Assembly (NCBI GenBank): GCA_035253825.1
Contig: DATFBM010000034.1
Coordinates: 24,839-88,838 of the forward strand
DNA: 64,000 nt
Direction of reading: 5' to 3'
From: Acidimicrobiia bacterium
GTDB taxonomy: Bacteria > Actinomycetota > Acidimicrobiia > Spongiisociales > ZC4RG35
Shown here one piece after another: positions 54,277-64,000 of the stretch (position 1 is the stretch's first letter; every line of letters begins with the position of its first letter). Under the pieces are notes generated by a model. The model made no database searches. It saw only the letters and a list, made by a program, of their open reading frames with translations, and was not told the DNA's origin. A program made the position numbers and the translations under genes.

Positions 54277-54797
54277 CAGGCGATAGCCGCCTCAATCTGA
54301 CGGGCGTGATCGAGATCGTGGATTCGCAGGAACAACAGCGCTTCGCGCCAATTCAGGTTTCCGAATATCGGGTGAAAGATGTTTTTGTCGAGGTGCGCTT
54401 CCGGATCAGCACCTAGGACCGACGCAAACAGGCGCTCCCGGTTGGCCTCATGAAGCTCCCACCATTCCTCTCCGGTGCGAACTGCCACTCGGTCACTGAT
54501 GACGTCGAGTGGAGTAGAGGTGGGCTCCCGACCAGCTGTGATTTCGGTGATGGCCTGGCCGAAGAGATCGCTGGTGGTGACGATGTGAGCCGCGACTTCG
54601 TTGGGGCTCCATTCCCCGGGAGCCGGCCTTGTCGAGAAGCGGTCGGACGGAACGGCCGCCAGAGCGTCTCGCAATTGACGGGCATCATTGCGAACCTTCT
54701 CGACCAGCTCGGGAACCGAAAGCTTGCGGGATTGGGCGCGGAGATAGGAGGTGATCCGCTCCAGGTCCGTCACTTGACCCGGCGCCCGCCCTTCCAC
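54276..54797 (-). CDS. DinB/YfiT-like protein.
   Basis: Four-helix bundle with His-motif HDLDHARQ. A GTG start at 54773 would give a GTGA overlap with the upstream stop. Confidence 0.65.
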   Translation of the reverse strand: MEGRAPGQVTDLERITSYLRAQSRKLSVPELVEKVRNDARQLRDALAAVPSDRFSTRPAPGEWSPNEVAAHIVTTSDLFGQAITEITAGREPTSTPLDVISDRVAVRTGEEWWELHEANRERLFASVLGADPEAHLDKNIFHPIFGNLNWREALLFLRIHDLDHARQIEAAIA

Positions 54798-56002
54798 ACG
54801 CCCGCCACTCGCTCAGGATCCCCCCACACCGAGAGATCGTCGATCGGGTTTCGATCCAGGGCGATGACGTCGGAAGCGAAACCATCCTCCAAGATTCCCG
54901 ATTTGGGCCCTTGCGGCCCCAGCGTTTCGGGTCCCATGGCAGTGGCCGCTTCGATGGCTTCGAGAGACGACATGCCTGCTTCGCACAAGTGCCTGATCTC
55001 GCGGCTGGCTTGCCGGTAGCGAAATCCCTCCACCGGTCCACTGGTGAAGATGTCGGTCCCCATCGCGACCTTGACTCCAGTCGCCACCGCGATCTTCAAC
55101 GCCTGCGCGTGTTGATCGGCCATGCGAGAGATCTTCTTCCAGGCGTAGGGGGGAATCTTCGATTCCAAGCCCATGAGTTCTTCGACGATGAACCGGGTGG
55201 CAACGAGCACCGCGTCCTGTTCTTTCATGAGCTCGGCAGCCTCTTCATCGAGATAGGTGCCGTGCTCGATGGTTTTCACCCCCGCCCGCAGCGCCGCCAT
55301 GATGCCCGGCTTGCCATGGCAGTGGGCGGCGACCACTCTTTCCGCTCGAGCGGCCTCGGAAACGATGGCGGCGAGCTCCTCGTCAGAAAATTGCTGGTGA
55401 ATCGGGTGATCGACCTCGGACATCACCCCTCCCGAAGCACAGATCTTGATGACTTGGGCACCCCGCCGCAGCTGCTCCCGCACTGCCTTCATACACTCGG
55501 AGGGGCCATCGGCGAGCCGCCCGAGAATTCGACCGTGATCGGCCAGTCCCTCGTAGATGTCTTGCGGTACGGCATGGACGTCTCCGTGACCTCCCGTGGT
55601 GGATAGCACGGCGCCGGCCCCGTAAATGCTGGGGCCTACCAAGCTCCCTTCCGCTACGACCGGCGCCAGTTCGACACCGTATCCGCCAACCTCGCGGACC
55701 GACGTGACGCCACCTTCGATGTAGCTCTGGAGATCGGTGGCGGCGCGGGCCCCGCTCTGGGCCGGCGGGATCCAAACCGCAGTTTCCAGATTCCATTGCG
55801 TGGACCCAAAGAGGTGGGCGTGGCAGTCCCAGAGGCCGGGCATCAACACCGCCACGTCTTCGGTGTCAGCCTCCGACGTGGATGGCGCGCTTGCGGCCGG
55901 GCCGGCGTAGGTGATGGTCGCCCCCTCGGCGACCATCACCCCGTTTTCAACCGGCTCTCCCCTCCCGGGGATCAATAGATCGGCTCTGATGACCAGAGTC
56001 AC
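54770..56002 (-). CDS. Metal-dependent amidohydrolase family protein.
   Basis: Metal-ligand motif WDCHAHLFGS near the N-terminus and amidohydrolase-fold length; 410 aa. Confidence 0.75.
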   Translation of the reverse strand: MTLVIRADLLIPGRGEPVENGVMVAEGATITYAGPAASAPSTSEADTEDVAVLMPGLWDCHAHLFGSTQWNLETAVWIPPAQSGARAATDLQSYIEGGVTSVREVGGYGVELAPVVAEGSLVGPSIYGAGAVLSTTGGHGDVHAVPQDIYEGLADHGRILGRLADGPSECMKAVREQLRRGAQVIKICASGGVMSEVDHPIHQQFSDEELAAIVSEAARAERVVAAHCHGKPGIMAALRAGVKTIEHGTYLDEEAAELMKEQDAVLVATRFIVEELMGLESKIPPYAWKKISRMADQHAQALKIAVATGVKVAMGTDIFTSGPVEGFRYRQASREIRHLCEAGMSSLEAIEAATAMGPETLGPQGPKSGILEDGFASDVIALDRNPIDDLSVWGDPERVAGVWKGGRRVK

Positions 56003-56030
56003 TGCGCCAACTTACTGTGAACATATCTCC

Positions 56031-58352
56031 CTAGGCGACCTGAGAGGCCGCCGGCTCCACCGGAGTCTCGCTCGAGATGCCTCCACCCCGCTTGGCAAAA
56101 ACGATGGCGGCGCCAAGGACCACCAAGCAAACGACAGTGACGGCGATTCGCACGGCGCCGTTCTCGCGAAAGCCGATGACGGCCGGGAGCACGAGGAGCG
56201 ACACCAGGTTCATCACCTTGATCAATGGATTCAGCGCCGGTCCGGCCGTGTCCTTGAAAGGATCTCCGACGGTATCGCCGATCACGGCCGCCTTGTGAGA
56301 ATCCGAGCCCTTGCCGCCGTAGTGCCCCTCTTCGATGAATTTCTTGGCGTTGTCCCAAGCGCCTCCCGAGTTGGAAAGGAAGTTCGCCATCAACTGGCCC
56401 GTGAGGATCACCGCCGCCAGGAACCCCCCCAGGGCCAAGTGCCCCAACCCAAATCCGACAATCACCGGGGTGAGAACCGCCAACAGGGCGGGAGTGGCAA
56501 GTTCACGCAGTGACGCCGCCGTGCAGATGTCGATGACGGGGCCGTAGTCCGGACGCTTCTCGCCTCGCATGATCTTTCCGTCGGCGAACTGTCGGCGCAC
56601 CTCCTGTACGACCACACCTGCGGTACGGCCTACCGCTCTGATCGCCAGGGACGAGAACATGAAGGCCACCGACCCTCCGATCAAGAGGCCGATGAAGATC
56701 GTGGGATTGGCGACGTTGATCGCAGTGGCCGGGTCCGAGAACATCTCCGAACCCTCCAGATCAAGGCCCAGCTCCGATGCGATCGTCTCGATGAACGAAG
56801 CGAACAGCGCGACAGCGGCGATGACGGCCGATCCGATCGCAAAACCCTTGGTGACTGCCTTGGTTGTGTTTCCCACGGCGTCGAGGCTCACCATGGTCTT
56901 TTGGGCTTCACCGTGGAATTCGCCCGACATCTCTGCGATCCCGGCGGCGTTATCGGCGACCGGTCCGAAGGTGTCCTCCGAGACCACGACGCCCGTGGTG
57001 GCCAGCATTCCCATCCCACAGAGCGCCACCAGATAGAGGGCGAACTGGAGATTTTCACCACCAAGTAGCACCGCGACGCCGATGGCCCCGGCGATGGCGA
57101 CGATCGCCCAAACCGATGACTCGAGACCGGTCGACACACCCGAAAGGACAGTGGTGGCGGGGCCGGTGCGAGTGGCATCGGCGATTTCCTGGACAGGCTT
57201 TTCTTCTGTCGAGGTGAAGTACTCCGTCAGGCGGGAAGCGATCTGGGCCAGGATGAGGCCGGCAACCACCGCCGCAAAGACCTTCCAACCTTCGTTCCCG
57301 TTCGAGTTACCCACGTAGAACATGGAAACGAAGAAGGTGCCGATGACCGTGAGCACTCCCGCGGTGAGAAACCCGCGGTTGATCGGGGCCATGGCGGTCT
57401 TGTCGCGGGGGGTGGCACGCACGGCGAAGACCCCAGCAATCGAGGCCAGGACGCCGATGGCCCGAGCGATCACCGGAAATACCAATCCCAGGGCAGGATT
57501 CGCTCCAATGGAGTTGAACGCCGCCACGCCAAGGATGATCGAGGCCACCAAAGTGACTTCATAGCTCTCGAAGAGATCTGAGGCCATACCGGCACAGTCG
57601 CCGACGTTGTCACCGACGTTGTCGGCGATGGTGGCCGGGTTGCGGGGGTCGTCTTCGGGAATCCCTTGCTCGACCTTCCCGACCAGGTCGGCGCCCACGT
57701 CGGCCGCTTTGGTGAAGATACCGCCACCCACCCGCAAGAACAGCGCCAGCAGGGAGCCACCGAATCCAAAGCCGACCAGGATCGCCGAAGAGGTGTTCTG
57801 AAAGAGCATGATGATGAGCGTCGCCCCCAGCAAGCCCAGGCCGACCGTAAACATCCCCGCCACCCCTCCGGTGCGGAACGCGATTTTGAGGGCTTCGGCC
57901 AGCGTGCCGTTGCGAGCCGCGGCGGCGGTACGGACGTTGCCTCGCACCGCCAGGCCCATTCCGATGAAGCCGGTCAGGCCCGACATCAAGCATCCGATCA
58001 AGAAGGCGGCAGTTCGGAAGGCCCCCGATTCGGTGAAGGAGAGAGCCTCGCTCCCATCCGGTCGCAGGACCTCGGTGGAGGTGAAGAACACCACCAGCGC
58101 CAGCGGGATGAGGATGATGAGAATCGTCCGGAACTGGCGGCGGAGATAGGCCATCGCCCCTTCTTGGATGGCCGCCGCAATCTCCTTCATCTTGGCGGTG
58201 CCCTGGTCGGCTTTGATTACGCCCTGGGAGAGCAAGAAGCCAACGACGATGGCGATAACGGCAGTGACAGCTGAGACGACCAACCAGGTCCACTCGGTGC
58301 CACCGAGGACAAACTCCTGATAGCCACCTTCCGCGGCCAGGACAGTGCTCAT
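56031..58352 (-). CDS. hppA: Membrane-bound proton/sodium-translocating pyrophosphatase.
   Basis: [17 protein letters not shown] and DNVGDNVGD motifs, 15 or more TM helices; 773 aa. Confidence 0.9.
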   Translation of the reverse strand: MSTVLAAEGGYQEFVLGGTEWTWLVVSAVTAVIAIVVGFLLSQGVIKADQGTAKMKEIAAAIQEGAMAYLRRQFRTILIILIPLALVVFFTSTEVLRPDGSEALSFTESGAFRTAAFLIGCLMSGLTGFIGMGLAVRGNVRTAAAARNGTLAEALKIAFRTGGVAGMFTVGLGLLGATLIIMLFQNTSSAILVGFGFGGSLLALFLRVGGGIFTKAADVGADLVGKVEQGIPEDDPRNPATIADNVGDNVGDCAGMASDLFESYEVTLVASIILGVAAFNSIGANPALGLVFPVIARAIGVLASIAGVFAVRATPRDKTAMAPINRGFLTAGVLTVIGTFFVSMFYVGNSNGNEGWKVFAAVVAGLILAQIASRLTEYFTSTEEKPVQEIADATRTGPATTVLSGVSTGLESSVWAIVAIAGAIGVAVLLGGENLQFALYLVALCGMGMLATTGVVVSEDTFGPVADNAAGIAEMSGEFHGEAQKTMVSLDAVGNTTKAVTKGFAIGSAVIAAVALFASFIETIASELGLDLEGSEMFSDPATAINVANPTIFIGLLIGGSVAFMFSSLAIRAVGRTAGVVVQEVRRQFADGKIMRGEKRPDYGPVIDICTAASLRELATPALLAVLTPVIVGFGLGHLALGGFLAAVILTGQLMANFLSNSGGAWDNAKKFIEEGHYGGKGSDSHKAAVIGDTVGDPFKDTAGPALNPLIKVMNLVSLLVLPAVIGFRENGAVRIAVTVVCLVVLGAAIVFAKRGGGISSETPVEPAASQVA

Positions 58353-58408
58353 TCGGGTCTTTTCCCTCCTAGATCAGCGCCCGGTTGTATATGGATCGGT
58401 CAACATTC

Positions 58409-58434
58409 AAAAGCGGCACTGAGGTGCCGCTTTT
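58409..58434. terminator. Bidirectional intrinsic terminator hairpin AAAAGCGGCAC-tgag-GTGCCGCTTTT.
   Basis: Perfect 11-bp stem with a 4-nt loop, flanked by an A-tract and a T-tract. It lies between gene 58492..59232 (-) and the hppA promoter. Confidence 0.6.
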
Positions 58435-58491
58435 CACAGACATTGACCAGACCGGGCCGGTTTAGGTTAACCGAGCGAGGGACCAGGGGTT

Positions 58492-59232
58492 CTACTCGGC
58501 CCCGTTCAGCAGATCGACCCCCCACAGCAAGAGCGCCAGAATGGTCCCGGTCCCGCCCAAGAACACGCCGTCGCCCAACCATGAGAAATTCGGCGAGCCG
58601 ATCGACATGAGCGATCCCGCCAGGCCCACCAAGCCGATCAAAGCGCCGGCGGCGACCAGCTTGCGACCGTGGGGCATGCGATTGAGGAGGGCGATGCCAC
58701 CCATCCCCAGCCCGATAGCGGCCAGAAGCCAGAAGGGCCAGATCGGAACGGCCCCGAATACGCGCAGGCTGGAGTCCGCCGTCAGGGCCTGGATGGCCGC
58801 CAAGATCAGACCACCGGCTGCGGCCACCATCGTGATCGCCAGCGGCGCCACGTTGGGGGCAGGATGGTGCGCCTCGGGAGCGAAGGTTCTGACCTCGGGG
58901 GCAGCTGGAGCCAGGCGCTCTTCGACATCGATCCCGCCGTCGCGGGCATGGGCTAGCTGGCGATTGAGACGGGGTGAAGTCGTGGAGCGGATTCCCACGG
59001 CCAGTGCGAAGGCGACATCGTCACTTGTGGAAAGAACGAGTTCTTCGCCTTCGACTTTGAGATGGAACCCGTCGACTCGGGAGGCGATGCCCATTCCGGA
59101 AAGGGGCCAGGATCCGAGTTCGCCATAGGGTGAGACCAGGCTCATCGTCTCGCGATCGAGGTGGATCTCGACGCGGATGCCCGTCTGCGTCTCGCCGGCC
59201 ATCCGGACGGTGCCGGTGAGGTCTGTGTTCAC
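58492..59232 (-). CDS. Hypothetical membrane protein with an N-terminal soluble domain and four C-terminal TM helices.
   Basis: Hydrophobicity pattern only. Confidence 0.5.
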   Translation of the reverse strand: MNTDLTGTVRMAGETQTGIRVEIHLDRETMSLVSPYGELGSWPLSGMGIASRVDGFHLKVEGEELVLSTSDDVAFALAVGIRSTTSPRLNRQLAHARDGGIDVEERLAPAAPEVRTFAPEAHHPAPNVAPLAITMVAAAGGLILAAIQALTADSSLRVFGAVPIWPFWLLAAIGLGMGGIALLNRMPHGRKLVAAGALIGLVGLAGSLMSIGSPNFSWLGDGVFLGGTGTILALLLWGVDLLNGAE

Positions 59233-59331
59233 AACCGCGCCTACTTTCCGCCACCCACACCCTGTTTCACAATGCTAAACGCGGTTTTCCCGATCCCAAG
59301 GTCAAAACCGCCTGCTGTAGCCTCCGCTTCC

Positions 59332-61032
<1,701 letters not shown>

Positions 61033-61158
61033 GGCGCCCCCCGGCTGGGTCCATTGGAGGTGCAACACCCGAGGAGATGGAGCACGGGAATGTTGCCCTT
61101 TAGGCTGAATTGCATCCTTTGAGATGCCCTCAGCCCGCACCTAGGCCGGGCTAACCAA

Positions 61159-62145
61159 TCAATGATCGTTTGTGACCGGCCGCGGGATCGTTCGAGGATG
61201 GCGGCTGGGGACTCGAGGGGGTTTCTTTGATTCGGCCGAGCCTGCAGCGCGCTTACGAATGTGGCGGTGGGCCAGCCAAACGGCCCCAGCCATGATTCCG
61301 GCCACATCGGCGAATCCGAGGATTGATGCCCATGGCAGGTCGATATCGCCTGACTCAAGGTTGTTGAAGAATGCCCCCATCGGAGTGAGGATGGGCCAGA
61401 GAACCAGATTGTTTCGAGTCAATCGGAATGCGATCGCATAAACCACTCCGAGCCCAAACAGGAACCACATTTCCTCGATACCCATCCCGTAGCCGACGTG
61501 GTACAACGAGTAGAGGCTGGCGGCGATAGCGATTGCGGGTCTTAACCCGAAGCTGGCCTCGAGCCGGTTTTGGATGAATCCCCTGAAGAACACGGCTTCG
61601 AACAGTCCGACTACCAAGGACATGGCCAGGAGGGGGACCCAGTCCACCGGAGCGGGTAGCCGATAGCCCCAGAAAGTGATGCCGAATTGAATGGCTCCTA
61701 AGCCAACGCCGATGGCGAGCGTTTGCGGCAGCTGGTGCAACCCGAACCCAAGCGAGCGAAGGTCACTGCTCCGAATCCAGACCTGATACACGATCGGGCC
61801 GACCACGCCCAGCACCAAACCGAAGGCGAAGGCGAGGAAAAGCCCGAGGACGTTGTCCGTGGTAAAGACCGTGAAGGCCAGCCGAAAGGCGGCCACCACT
61901 CCTAAGTAGATGACAGCTACGGCAACCAGATCGCGGCCGTCCACCTTGCGGGTCACCGACGGTACGAACCGAGGAACGAGAGATAGCAGCAAGGCGGAAG
62001 CGGCGACCACCAATGCCCAAAGGGTGAGATTGTCGATGAAAAGCAACAACAAGGCCCCAACCGTAAAGGCGAACCACAACCCACGGATTCGGTTCCTCCG
62101 CGCTCTCCAACCTATGCCATCCTCAGTCTGAACATTCGACATCAA
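61159..62145 (-). CDS. CPBP (CAAX protease/Abi) family intramembrane metalloprotease.
   Basis: EAVFFRG (EExxxR-type) and YSLYHVG (FxxxH-type) motifs; multiple TM helices. Confidence 0.7.
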   Translation of the reverse strand: MMSNVQTEDGIGWRARRNRIRGLWFAFTVGALLLLFIDNLTLWALVVAASALLLSLVPRFVPSVTRKVDGRDLVAVAVIYLGVVAAFRLAFTVFTTDNVLGLFLAFAFGLVLGVVGPIVYQVWIRSSDLRSLGFGLHQLPQTLAIGVGLGAIQFGITFWGYRLPAPVDWVPLLAMSLVVGLFEAVFFRGFIQNRLEASFGLRPAIAIAASLYSLYHVGYGMGIEEMWFLFGLGVVYAIAFRLTRNNLVLWPILTPMGAFFNNLESGDIDLPWASILGFADVAGIMAGAVWLAHRHIRKRAAGSAESKKPPRVPSRHPRTIPRPVTNDH

Positions 62146-62244
62146 AACCTCCCATATCGCGCGACGCTACGGCGCCGAGCTATCAACTTCACAGGGCAGA
62201 AAGTCCCGCCGTCACGGACGGCACTTGCCAAGGACGAGACGCGA

Positions 62245-62352
62245 ATGAGGACCTTCGACCCTGTCACCGAATACGAGGAATGGGTCAAGGCCAACCTCGG
62301 CGAAGAAGCCCTCCAGCCCCACCGGGTGAAGTACAAGCCGATCAGCCGCTAG
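62245..62352 (+). CDS. Candidate 35-aa small ORF (MRTFDPVTEYEEWVKANLGEEALQPHRVKYKPISR), convergent with pnp.
   Basis: Hand translation, with an AAGGACGAG purine-rich stretch 6 nt upstream of the ATG. It is not in the ORF track because it is under 60 aa. Confidence 0.25.
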   Translation: MRTFDPVTEYEEWVKANLGEEALQPHRVKYKPISR

Positions 62353-62406
62353 GTGTTTGTGTTTCTCCCCCCAGCGAGCGTTGGGGCGCAGCCGGGGAGG
62401 GGAAAC

Positions 62407-64000
62407 CTACTTCTTGGTCAGGTCCTCGAAGACGTCCTCGAAGGACACGGCCTTGCGGCGACCTTCGGCGGCCTGGTCCTGGCTGCCGCGATTCCGGTCA
62501 CGGTCTCCGCTGCGGTCGTCGCGCCGGGGACGGTCATCGCGGCGTGGGCGATCGTCGCGCCGGGGTCGATCTCCACCCCGATCGCGATCGTCACGCCGGG
62601 GTCGGTCGTCGCGGCGTTCGCTCGCGGGCTCAGACGAACCCGCGCCTTCCTTGCGCTCGAGCGGATTGACCAGACGCAAAGCCAGTTTGCCCTGCCGATC
62701 GATCTCCTCGAGCACCACCGGGACTCGCTGGCCCAACTCGAGATAGTCCTCGACCCGATCCACCCGACGGGTGTCGTCGAGCTTGGAGATGTGGAGCAGG
62801 CCATCGCGCCCGGGCAGGATGTTGACGAAAGCACCGAACTTGGTGATGTTGACAACCTCGCCGTCATACTCCTTGCCGAGCTCAGCTTCGGGCGGAAAGA
62901 CGATGGCGTTGACTCTTTCCTTGGCCGCAGCCAGTGCCTCGCCGTCCGTGGATGCGATTCGAACCAGGCCGTAGCCGCCGTCCTCCTCGATCTCGATCGT
63001 GGCGCCGGTTTTTTCCTCGAGCTCGCGAATGACTTTGCCCTTGGGGCCGATGACCTCGCCGATCTTGTCCTTGGGGATCTGAATCGTCTCGATTCGAGGC
63101 GCGTTCTTGTTGAGTTCCGTGCGCGGTTCGGAGATCACACTGTTCATCGCCTCGAGAATGGTGAGACGAGCGGTTTTCGCCTGTTCCAAAGCCTGCGCCA
63201 GTACCTCGGAGGGAAGTCCCTGGAGCTTGGTGTCGAGTTGCAACGCGGTAATCACATTCGCCGTCCCGGCCACCTTGAAGTCCATATCGCCCAGAGCATC
63301 CTCGGCTCCGAGGATGTCGGTCAGGGTGATGTATTTGCCACCTCGCTCGATGAGGCCCATGGCGATCCCGGCCACCGCATCGGAGATGGGAACTCCGGCA
63401 TCCATCAGCGAAAGCGACGACGCGCAAACCGAGGCCATCGAGGTCGAGCCGTTGGACGACAGCACTTCGGAGACCAGACGGAGCGCGTAGGGGAACTCCT
63501 CTTCGTTGGGGATGACGGGAAGCAAAGCTCTCTCCGCCAGGGCGCCATGACCGATCTCCCGCCGGCGGGGTCCTCTCATCGGACCAGCCTCGCCCGTGGC
63601 GTAGGGCGGCATGTTGTAGTGGTGCATGTAGCGCTTTCCCTCTTCCGGAGAAAGGGTGTCGAGCATTTGCTCCATCTTCAACATCCCCAGGGTGGTGAGA
63701 TTGAGCACCTGCGTCTCCCCTCGCTGGAAGAGACCAGAGCCATGGGCGCGGGAGACCACGCCGACTTCGACGCTCAATGGACGGAGGTCGGTGGGGCCGC
63801 GGCCATCGAGTCGGATTCCTTCGTCGACCACCCGGGCCCGCATCATGTCCTTCAGGACCGATTTGAACGCTCGTTTGAATGATTCGAGATCCTCTTCGCC
63901 TACCGCCAAGTCGGTCGCGGTGGCGGTTGCCGCATCGGTTTCGGCCTGGTTGCGTTCGGCCTTCCCGGCAATGCGGATGACCTGTTCCAGCCGAGGACGG
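62407..64000 (-). CDS. pnp: Polyribonucleotide nucleotidyltransferase (PNPase), partial: the 5' end lies beyond the window. It carries a C-terminal (RRDDRP)n repeat tail.
   Basis: Second RNase PH domain, KH domain (IGEVIGPKGKVIRELE) and S1 domain (GEVVNITKFGAFVNI). The ORF is open at the window edge. Confidence 0.9.
   Translation of the reverse strand, partial: RPRLEQVIRIAGKAERNQAETDAATATATDLAVGEEDLESFKRAFKSVLKDMMRARVVDEGIRLDGRGPTDLRPLSVEVGVVSRAHGSGLFQRGETQVLNLTTLGMLKMEQMLDTLSPEEGKRYMHHYNMPPYATGEAGPMRGPRRREIGHGALAERALLPVIPNEEEFPYALRLVSEVLSSNGSTSMASVCASSLSLMDAGVPISDAVAGIAMGLIERGGKYITLTDILGAEDALGDMDFKVAGTANVITALQLDTKLQGLPSEVLAQALEQAKTARLTILEAMNSVISEPRTELNKNAPRIETIQIPKDKIGEVIGPKGKVIRELEEKTGATIEIEEDGGYGLVRIASTDGEALAAAKERVNAIVFPPEAELGKEYDGEVVNITKFGAFVNILPGRDGLLHISKLDDTRRVDRVEDYLELGQRVPVVLEEIDRQGKLALRLVNPLERKEGAGSSEPASERRDDRPRRDDRDRGGDRPRRDDRPRRDDRPRRDDRSGDRDRNRGSQDQAAEGRRKAVSFEDVFEDLTKK
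62455..62640. repeat. Tandem GC-rich coding repeats of 15-18 nt and about 36 nt encoding the Arg/Asp-rich PNPase tail.
   Basis: Reiterated TCGTCRCGCCGGGGNCGRTC units seen directly. Confidence 0.6.

Noticed and set aside
62455-62640. Possible CRISPR-like repeat array
   Set aside because: The repeats are imperfect, contiguous with no spacers, and lie in frame inside pnp, encoding a peptide repeat. This is not a CRISPR array.

Overview
This is a gene-dense, high-GC chromosomal window of about 70% GC with roughly 58 protein-coding genes and no rRNA, tRNA or CRISPR array that I can see. The organism looks like an F420-using actinobacterium: FO synthase cofG/cofH, an F420-dependent LLM oxidoreductase, a PPOX-class F420 enzyme, dodecin and a flavin reductase are all present. 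Leaderless-type promoters, many ATGA/GTGA/TGATG start-stop overlaps and convergent 3' overlaps indicate a compact genome. Housekeeping content includes cyclophilin, dapB with its M16 'pepR-like' peptidase neighbour, Lhr helicase, CorA, EttA, the H+/Na+ membrane pyrophosphatase HppA, Fpg/Nei, DeoD, PlsC, the 3' half of pnp (which runs off the window end), several ABC exporters and an MFS transporter. The SOS mutasome is present as two loci: dnaE2 (30205..33534) and imuA'-imuB (42257..44295). Each carries a canonical actinobacterial LexA box (TCGAAC-N4-GTTCGA) over an apparently leaderless promoter. The features I consider most worth follow-up are listed below. (1) A translationally coupled CobT-like protein (HExxH motif plus vWA/MIDAS) and a CobS-like MoxR-class AAA+ ATPase with no CobN, abutting a convergent pair of membrane-anchored dynamin-like GTPase paralogues (3647..9924). 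(2) A DUF559 (Vsr-like endonuclease) gene bracketed by about 49-bp imperfect terminal inverted repeats. (3) A low-GC, inverted heptamer-repeat insertion lying in frame inside dnaE2. (4) A type II dehydroquinase fused to an alpha/beta hydrolase. (5) A split FO synthase whose CofH half carries an unassigned N-terminal extension of about 270 aa. (6) A PNPase with a C-terminal (RRDDRP)n tail. All calls are from reading the sequence and the supplied translations; no database searches were run.
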